Of a DNA stretch of 16,477 nt, positions 8,864 through 15,900 are shown piece after piece. A program made the position numbers and the translations under genes. How positions within the stretch are numbered: position 1 is the first letter of the stretch; every line of letters begins with the position of its first letter. Source of the DNA: Pseudomonadota bacterium (lineage in GTDB: Bacteria > UBA10199 > 2-02-FULL-44-16 > JBDRGF01); NCBI GenBank assembly GCA_043818055.1, contig JBDRGF010000100.1:1-16477 (forward strand), given 5' to 3'. Below the pieces are notes generated by a model. That model worked only from the letters and a program-made list of their open reading frames with translations. It ran no database searches and was not told the DNA's origin.

Positions 8864-8892
8864 GCATGTAGCATATTGCATGTAGCATGTAG
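8864..8892. repeat. Short heptamer tandem repeat (GCATGTA)x4, one unit degenerate
   Basis: GCATGTA-GCATATT-GCATGTA-GCATGTA-G, immediately before repeat copy 2. Confidence 0.7.
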
Positions 8893-8894
8893 TC

Positions 8895-9041
8895 CCACAC
8901 CCGGTGTGGGCTTTTGACTCACCGGGTGTGGTGGTGGTGCCGGTAAATTGCATTTCGCTTTTCCTATCAGCCTATTATATATTCCATTTGCTTTCGCGGT
9001 CTTGCGGGTATAAGTATCTAAAAAATATAATCAAAAATTGA
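8895..9041. repeat. Direct-repeat module, copy 2
   Basis: Same 37-bp palindrome and leader blocks as 8215-8392, but lacking the 23-bp CCTA-unit expansion seen at 8291-8313. Confidence 0.85.
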
Positions 9042-9258
9042 CTTAGAAATTTGTGGATGTTAGAGCCTTTTCAGTTTTGGGGGGCTCTTCTTTCGCTATA
9101 TCCTACATGTCACATATTCTGACTATTTTATCTGAGGACTTCACACCCCTTATTTCAACTTTTTTCGGTTTTTAAAAGATTTTACGCAACTTTCAATTTT
9201 AATGACGATAATGTATAAGAATATGAAAGAAATTTATGGTCAAAAAGGAGGCACATCA

Positions 9259-10899
9259 ATGAAGAAAAATCTTAAGAAGGGTTTTATAAGCAAATTGTTA
9301 CTGCCTTTTCTCTTATTATCGTCACTGTTTTTTCTGATTCAATGTGGTGGAGGTGGTGAAAATGATGGTAGTTCTTCCACTGAAGGGAATGTTTTTGATT
9401 TATCACAATACCCTGAAATTTCTACAAACAAAAACGACATTGGTTTGTTTGCTCTCACTGCATACTCATATTTAGAATATATGATGTCACTTGCTGGGAG
9501 AGACTTGAACAGAGCTATTACAACCGGAAATGAAAACAACCTTACAAATTCTTCAATGCTGTATAAAGCTGTAAAATCTTTTCAAGAGGACGCAAAAAAT
9601 GCCACTGCTCTAGCGATGGCGCTTGGAGATGGAGAAGAAGAAGAAATTGAACTTGATGGCGATACGGAAACAAAAGAAACAGTTGCGCTGAATCGCGAGG
9701 CACTGGAAACATTCGAACGAGTTTTATATTGGGAGTTTAAAAAATTGATTGATGAACAAAATACTTCAAAATCATGGAATTCAAAAAGTTTATGGGATGA
9801 TCTGATTGCAAGTGCAAATCCACAAAATATGAGAACAGCTAGTTTAATCACTGAAACTATTTCAAGAGCTTCGGATATAGCCTCAGGAGTGCTAGCTGTG
9901 ATGTGTGCTGCTGTACCTCCAGCTGCTCCTGCTACATGTTCTGCTTTTGCAATATCGGTTAAATTCAGTTCTTCAGCTAAACTCGCATTGCTGATTATCA
10001 ATATGTATCCAAGCCATCTTACTGGAATAGAAGTTAAAGGACAGAGAGGCTGCGAATATTACAATTATCCATGTTATGATCACTATATAACCTGTTCTGG
10101 AAATCCAGAAGCTGTGAAAAATGAATCTGTTATTGAAATAATGGGCGTTTACGCCAATGATGTCTCACAAGCAACAGATATGTTAATAAGTAAATATATC
10201 TCGAAATATATTGAAGAAGCCTTTCACAAGATTCCTGAAGGCGCTATGAAAGAATATTATGTCAAAAAAATCTCTGACAGCTTAATTGAACTGACAAAAA
10301 AACTGGGAATGTCGGAGGATTCTAAGATATCTTTATGGCAGGAGAAATATCTTATAAATCAAGAAAATGTTTCGTTTAAACTGTCACAAAAGAAAGTTGA
10401 AATTAAGGAACTCGAAGTAAATTACAAACCAATAGGAGCATATAGGATTACCACAGAAGACGATGGAACTGGGGCATTGATTGTCGAGTTAGAGGTATTA
10501 CCTTATTATGCTGAAGAGTCGACTATAAAAGAGACTGTTCAAATAAAATCATATACGCCAATAGCTGCGAAATTAAGTTTTAACTTGGATAATGTGAGAA
10601 TTGTGAGAATAGCAGGAGGTTCTACTTATTTTATGTTTAAATCAGATGATCCGTATTTAGCAAATATCACAGAATGTTCTTTTTCATATCAGGTTAAAAC
10701 AAATAGTTACACCGATTCTGGGTCAAATAATCCGTGTTTTGCATTTTACACGCACGACCCGCAGGTAATTGGAAAGGGCTGGGGCAAAATTGAGTTGATG
10801 ATTGCATGGCTAGGTTCAACAGGCTCAGGATCTGTCGATATGGATCTTAAGGATGTCTGTGGAAATTCGTTTCATGCATCTGAGTCGGCAAGTTGGTGA
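9259..10899 (+). CDS. Putative lipoprotein of unknown function (546 aa)
   Basis: AAGGAGG SD before ATG 9259. Basic n-region, hydrophobic h-region and a lipobox-like LIQ-C followed by a GGGG/Ser linker. Internal hydrophobic stretch (GVLAVMCAAVPPAAPATCSAFAISV) and a beta-rich, Cys-containing C-terminal region. Confidence 0.8.
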   Translation: MKKNLKKGFISKLLLPFLLLSSLFFLIQCGGGGENDGSSSTEGNVFDLSQYPEISTNKNDIGLFALTAYSYLEYMMSLAGRDLNRAITTGNENNLTNSSMLYKAVKSFQEDAKNATALAMALGDGEEEEIELDGDTETKETVALNREALETFERVLYWEFKKLIDEQNTSKSWNSKSLWDDLIASANPQNMRTASLITETISRASDIASGVLAVMCAAVPPAAPATCSAFAISVKFSSSAKLALLIINMYPSHLTGIEVKGQRGCEYYNYPCYDHYITCSGNPEAVKNESVIEIMGVYANDVSQATDMLISKYISKYIEEAFHKIPEGAMKEYYVKKISDSLIELTKKLGMSEDSKISLWQEKYLINQENVSFKLSQKKVEIKELEVNYKPIGAYRITTEDDGTGALIVELEVLPYYAEESTIKETVQIKSYTPIAAKLSFNLDNVRIVRIAGGSTYFMFKSDDPYLANITECSFSYQVKTNSYTDSGSNNPCFAFYTHDPQVIGKGWGKIELMIAWLGSTGSGSVDMDLKDVCGNSFHASESASW

Positions 10900-10959
10900 A
10901 AATATCTTGAGTTGACTAAATAAAAATTAAGTTATTTAGTTCAGATATAGGGGGACAAA

Positions 10960-11355
10960 ATGAAAAGACCGATCTCTTTGACGATTATCGGATGGTATTT
11001 GATGTTGACAGGGGGTGGTGAGTTTTTTACTTCGTTTCTGGAACTAAACTCATCAATGACTCAAGACATAATGCGATTATTTGGGCAGATTTCATTTCCG
11101 CATCGCAATATGTTTATGTTAACAATTAGCGCGATTTCGCTTGTCATCGGAATTGGAATATTAAATCAGAAAAACTGGGCAAGATTTGCATATATTATTA
11201 CTGAATTAACAAAAAATATAGTTTTTCTATTTTTATCACCACTAAAAATTGGAATTGTGCCTTCTGTCTTTCTGTTCCTAATTTTTGCGTTCCTTCTTTT
11301 TAGACCCAATGTTGGAAAATATTATAAACAAGCAGAGGTGATTCATGCTGAGTAA
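10960..11355 (+). CDS. Small integral membrane protein (~4 TM)
   Basis: GGGGG SD. Four hydrophobic segments with the pattern KRPISLTIIGW...GILNQKNWARFAY. Confidence 0.8.
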   Translation: MKRPISLTIIGWYLMLTGGGEFFTSFLELNSSMTQDIMRLFGQISFPHRNMFMLTISAISLVIGIGILNQKNWARFAYIITELTKNIVFLFLSPLKIGIVPSVFLFLIFAFLLFRPNVGKYYKQAEVIHAE

Positions 11356-11755
11356 CATCATTAGCTTTATATTTTACTGTGTCTCGTATTTGTTATTTCA
11401 ACTTACAATTATTTATTCGTTCGCATTTATAAATGTTGTGGCGTGGATAAAATTTGGAACTCTTGGAGGGTTATATATCTTATCATCGTTTTTTCTTTTT
11501 ATTGGTTTAGCAATTCAAAGGTTTCGTATGTGGAAACAGAAGATAGGAGTAGTATTTATTACAGTTTCTATATCAATGATCGTGATTATTTTACTTTCAT
11601 TCTTGCTTAAATATTTTTCAAATATTGATCAAATTATGCCAGAATGGGGGAAAAATATTGTATCGCTTGATTATGTCACTGGAATAATTTTTGTTATTGT
11701 ATTTAGTTTTATAGGTTCTTGTTGTCTTTATTTATCAGAAAGAAAATCGAAGTAA
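11345..11755 (+). CDS. Small integral membrane protein (~4 TM)
   Basis: GAGGTG SD. An 11-bp overlap with the upstream gene suggests translational coupling. Four hydrophobic segments. Confidence 0.8.
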   Translation: MLSNIISFIFYCVSYLLFQLTIIYSFAFINVVAWIKFGTLGGLYILSSFFLFIGLAIQRFRMWKQKIGVVFITVSISMIVIILLSFLLKYFSNIDQIMPEWGKNIVSLDYVTGIIFVIVFSFIGSCCLYLSERKSK

Positions 11756-11776
11756 ATTTATTTTACCTTAGTAATA

Positions 11777-11905
11777 CTACAGTCGTAAGCCCGTAGATGT
11801 ATAAAACCCGTTGTTCACGTGGCCGAAACGTGAATAGGCAAGTGAATGCGAACAACGGGCAAGCGAAGCTTGAATTGTATGATGCCATGGCCGTAAGGCC
11901 ATGGT
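11777..11905. other. GC-rich multi-hairpin intergenic element (repeat, MITE-like or structured RNA); last hairpin may act as terminator
   Basis: Four hairpins: imperfect CTACAGTC-GTAA-GCCCGTAG (11777-11796); 10-bp stem CCCGTTGTTC/GAACAACGGG (11807-11859); CAAGC-GAA-GCTTG (11860-11872); CCATGGCC-GTAA-GGCCATGG (11885-11904). Confidence 0.55.
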
Positions 11906-11908
11906 TAT

Positions 11909-12102
11909 TCACTCTATCATCGGCATATCGACGATAATTGGTGGTGGAGTGGTCGAATGTTCGAAAAGCGAGTTTTGAATGATCATTTGAGTGTCTAAAT
12001 AACTGATGCCTCCGACGTATGGCCGGCCGGCGAGAGCACAGTCAGTTGGATTGTATGAAAGCGGGATGTGTTTGATCCCCCATGTTTCGTCGGTGCAGAT
12101 AT
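11909..12102 (-). pseudogene. Headless 3' remnant (last 63 codons + stop) of a paralog or allele of the S8 peptidase gene
   Basis: Aligns without gaps to 12943-13136 (offset 1034) with 29 mismatches in 194 nt by hand count. ICTDETWGIKHIPLSYNPTD...PPPIIVDMPM(I/V)E-stop is present in both. Confidence 0.88.
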
Positions 12103-12392
12103 CCGTGGGGAAAAGATATGTATATAAGTTTAGATCGAAAGACAATTTTGTTATTTTTTCCGCTGAGTGTAAATACACATACCAAGTTGATTCAACTGCT
12201 AGAAAATATTCTTCACCAGAAAACTTTTGCCAATTAAATGGCGAACTAAATTATGATACGGCTTCGGCAAGCAAAGCTGAATTTTGGTTAGATTTCAGTG
12301 TGCAGGGAGGCACAGGAAGTGCTTCAATATCTGGGAAGTTAGATGATTATTGTGGTAATGTGTTTACTGTCACTAAATCTGTAAATTTCTAA
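12103..12392 (+). pseudogene. Headless 3' fragment homologous to the C-terminal domain of the 9259-10899 lipoprotein (orphan alternative C-terminus)
   Basis: 12129-12392 aligns ungapped with 10636-10899 over 87 aa, ending at the same stop position. There are 24 identities, including all three Cys (ECxxxYQV, NxC, GxTGSxS...LxDxCGNxF). No signal peptide or convincing SD. Confidence 0.75.
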
Positions 12393-12421
12393 GAATAGCA
12401 TGTAAAAAGGGGGAGGTTAGA

Positions 12422-12925
12422 GTGAAAGCTTACAAAGAATGGTATATTAAGATTTTTATGCTTTCAATATTTTCTGGATTATCTTTGTTGTATTCACAAG
12501 AAGCTTTGGCATATGATCATTCTGTAACAGCAACAACAATGTTCTTTTTCACGCTTATTATAGCTTTTATATTGTCATTAAAAATTAAATATCTGATTTT
12601 TTCAAACAAAATTTTAAAAAAGTTAATTCTGCAAATGCAATTTGTCGAAATGGGAATATTAATTCTTTTTGCAGTAATTCTTTTTGAATTTAGCAGGATG
12701 AAGTTTTTAATATTTGCATTTCCTGTATGTACCTTGCTACCTAATTTATACTTAATTCGTAAATCCAATAGTGTAACAAAACATTTTTCTGGGAATTTAT
12801 GGAATATTGGTATTTCTATGTTGCTCTCATTAATCTTCCTTGTCTGTGTGTTCGCAATAACTATTTTATCAACAATATTGTATTCAATAATAATTGGAGA
12901 ATTTAAGTTGCAAGTCATTCAATAG
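12422..12925 (+). CDS. Integral membrane protein (167 aa, possible cleavable signal plus ~4 TM)
   Basis: GGGGGAGG SD before GTG. The N-terminal hydrophobic segment ends in A-L-A and is followed by four hydrophobic segments. Confidence 0.78.
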   Translation: MKAYKEWYIKIFMLSIFSGLSLLYSQEALAYDHSVTATTMFFFTLIIAFILSLKIKYLIFSNKILKKLILQMQFVEMGILILFAVILFEFSRMKFLIFAFPVCTLLPNLYLIRKSNSVTKHFSGNLWNIGISMLLSLIFLVCVFAITILSTILYSIIIGEFKLQVIQ

Positions 12926-12942
12926 TGTTGTTCCCAAGCTTT

Positions 12943-15900
12943 TCACTCCACCATAGGCATATCGACGATAATAGGTGGGGGAGTATTGGGATGTTCGAGG
13001 AGCGAGTTTTGAATGATCTTTTGAGTGTCTAAGTAGCTGATTCCGCCGACATAAGGACGGCCGGGGAGGACGAAGTCTGTTGGGTTGTATGAAAGAGGAA
13101 TGTGTTTGATTCCCCATGTTTCGTCGGTGCAGATATTCTTACCCGCGGTTTTTTTTTCCCATTTCGAACATCTGTAAGAATCAGCGACTATTATCCATTC
13201 ATCTTTACACTGGAAGATGTAACGGTGTTTGGTGAGAAGAGGCTTGCAACTGGCATCAATTGCAATCGGAGTATAATCTATTGGAGGAGCAGCGTTTGAA
13301 AATGACAAGTTCTCGATCAACGCCAGATTTACACCCAGCTGAACTATTCCAACTGCTGTGCTGCTCATCCAGTAATCAGGCGGCATCAATATTAATTCGT
13401 TTCCTCCATTTAATTTTGGTTCAATAGGATTACCACATTTTTCAAGTCCAATTTTTTTGCAACGCTCGTAATCATCACCTTGACCAAGTTGTGCGCTTGC
13501 AACACCGCTTGTCCAAGCCTGTATTCTTCCAGCAGCCGGTAACGTATCCGGTGTTTTGACAAACAACGCTTCAACTTTATCGTCGATATCCGTTTCATAA
13601 GAATCCTGAGAACTTACATATGGCTGGTATGCCCAGCCCGGAGCTACTTTGAGCTGTTCGTCTGTAAGATATTTTACTTCTATGTCCCATTTACCATCGG
13701 GGTTATTTGGCCCACCCAGATCAACCCGCCAGTAGCCATCAGAGCAGAGGATTGAGATATCAGCCCAGTTGTTAGCAACTTTTGGTTTATTACTATTACC
13801 TATTAGATCAGCCACAGCAGGCCTCGAATATTTGCTCTTCCATGGGTCGATGTTGAGTTCATCTTTCCAGTCGTATTGAAGCTCTTTGTCCCAAGTTACT
13901 ATACGATTCTCACTTCCATTGATATAATCGACATTCATATATTCGATATACCATTTGCCATGTTCTTTATCGTAGAGCATGAGATCGGAACGATGATCTG
14001 CGTCCATATCCTTTACATATGGCAATATCCATTTGCTGTTTATATCAGCGTAGTTGATTATCAAATCCCAAGAACCGTATTTCCTGCTGAACCTATACAT
14101 ATTGCAATAACCATCTGGTTCTCTAACTCCTTTAAGATCGGAGCACCATGTGGCATCTGTTCCCTTTGAACTGAGGTCGATCTTAAACTCCCCCCGTTTC
14201 CAACTGACTATATCCATCAGACCATCGCCATCAATATCCATATCGACACTCATCTGATCCCCCCTCGGCCAGAGAAGATCGTCTGAACATAACGGATCGC
14301 TTGAGCTTCCGTCGGGATCATGTTTTATGCAGACCAGACCTACTCCATTGACGCGCATCGATATAATTTCCTGTTTGGTCATACGATTGATGTTACTGAG
14401 TTGTTTGGGGTTTAGTTTCAACGCAGGATATTGAGCAGATATCGACTGCCAGTAGTTATCAACTGCCTTCAATAATCTGTCCATCTTTGGCTGGACGCCG
14501 ATATTTTTTCCGGTTGTGTCCTTCTGGTTATCGCCGCTCGATCTCATGAGCTCCCTTATCTTCTTCGGCATGATGTATCTCATTCTTCCGTTTCCTGCTA
14601 ATTGCATAAATCTGCTCTGAACTAGTGTAACAGCGCCACCGACTATCGCAGTTGCACCGGATGTCCCACCAAAATGGTTCGTGTAGAATTTGTGTTTGTC
14701 ATTCACAGGGTCTTGTGACGGTGGGCCGCCAGCGCCCTTCCAGTAGAAGGGGGATGTTGTAGCATCGCCGTATGGATATGATGTCGTAACAATGCTGCTT
14801 CCCCACGAATATGCATCAAGCCTTGAGCTGTAGTTGCTAAAAGATGCCTTTTGCATATTAGCACCTTCGCTTGCACCTACAATAATAGCGCCGCTGTCCT
14901 GTGTCGTTGGATTGATCCACACGCTCCACTGGCCTGTGTATTGGTTTGCGTCACCGATATCAATATTGCTGTTGCCTGCACCTTCGACAACTGTGATACC
15001 CATCGCTGAAAGAGTTTGGAAATATTTCATCTTGTCGGGAACAACCTCTGAAGGTAACTGGCCAGCATTATAACATGGATCGCCAAACTTGCAGTTGATT
15101 TTTCCATCTTTCCCCACTACAGCGGATTCGATGAGATGAACTGAACCCGGAAATGTGTTCGAATCATGATCGTCACCTAATGGAAAAATATTTGCCTCTT
15201 TATAATACACCGGCGGATTCCCAGCTAATAACTTTGCATCCGGTGCAATTCCCTTTACACCAAAGTTTCCGGTTCCATTATTATGTGACGCGTTGACAAT
15301 ACCTGCAACAGCTGTCCCGTGGCCTATTACCAGATACATGCAGTCAATGCCGCAAGATATGTAATATGGCTGTTTGTCCATCGGGAGATGATCTGCAAGA
15401 GATGTTTTTTCTCCAACGAGAGAGCCCTTTGGATTGTTCTTCTCATCATATACTGTGTAATTTAACTGTAAATCCTCGTGGAAGAAATTATATGCTGCAT
15501 CATCGTTGTATATATGCACACCTTTTCCAGTGACGCCCTGGTTCCAAGCTGAAAAAGCATCTATTCCGCCATTTGCTGTCAGATATCCCTGCTGTGGTGA
15601 AAGATCGGGGGTCGTTACAGCTGTGAGCACCTTCTGCAGATGGGGATAGATGTATTCGACACCGTAGAAATTTTTTAGTCTGTTGTATAAAACAATGGCC
15701 TCTTTGGGTTCTGCCTTGAAGTAATAGATCGAGTTGAGATCGGGAAGTTCTTCGGAGTTTAACTCTTCAAGGTCGCGCTTGAAGATATCATATTCATCCT
15801 GCCTCATAGTGAGATATCTTCTCACTTCTACCTGGTGCTCTTCGAGTATCCTATTTAAATTATCTGCCAGGCTTTGATAATAGAAATTCCGCACTTCGAA

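Noticed and set aside
8215..8931. CRISPR array from the two identical 37-bp palindromic repeats
   Set aside because: There are only two copies, 680 bp apart, with a gene between them. The similarity extends beyond the repeat and there are no cas genes.
8215..11905. Integron attC sites bounding the small AT-rich genes
   Set aside because: The palindromes lack properly placed RYYYAAC/GTTRRRY boxes, there are no such sites between the TM genes, and no integrase is present.
11909..12392. ORFs 11909-12178 (-) and 12006-12392 (+) as intact genes
   Set aside because: Each is a chimera across the 12103 junction: a real gene tip preceded by the antisense of the other fragment.
11909..13136. Diversity-generating retroelement TR/VR pair at the peptidase 3' end
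   Set aside because: The mismatches are not adenine-specific on either strand (many C/G, C/A and G/T changes) and are mostly synonymous third positions. No reverse transcriptase or Avd gene is in the window.
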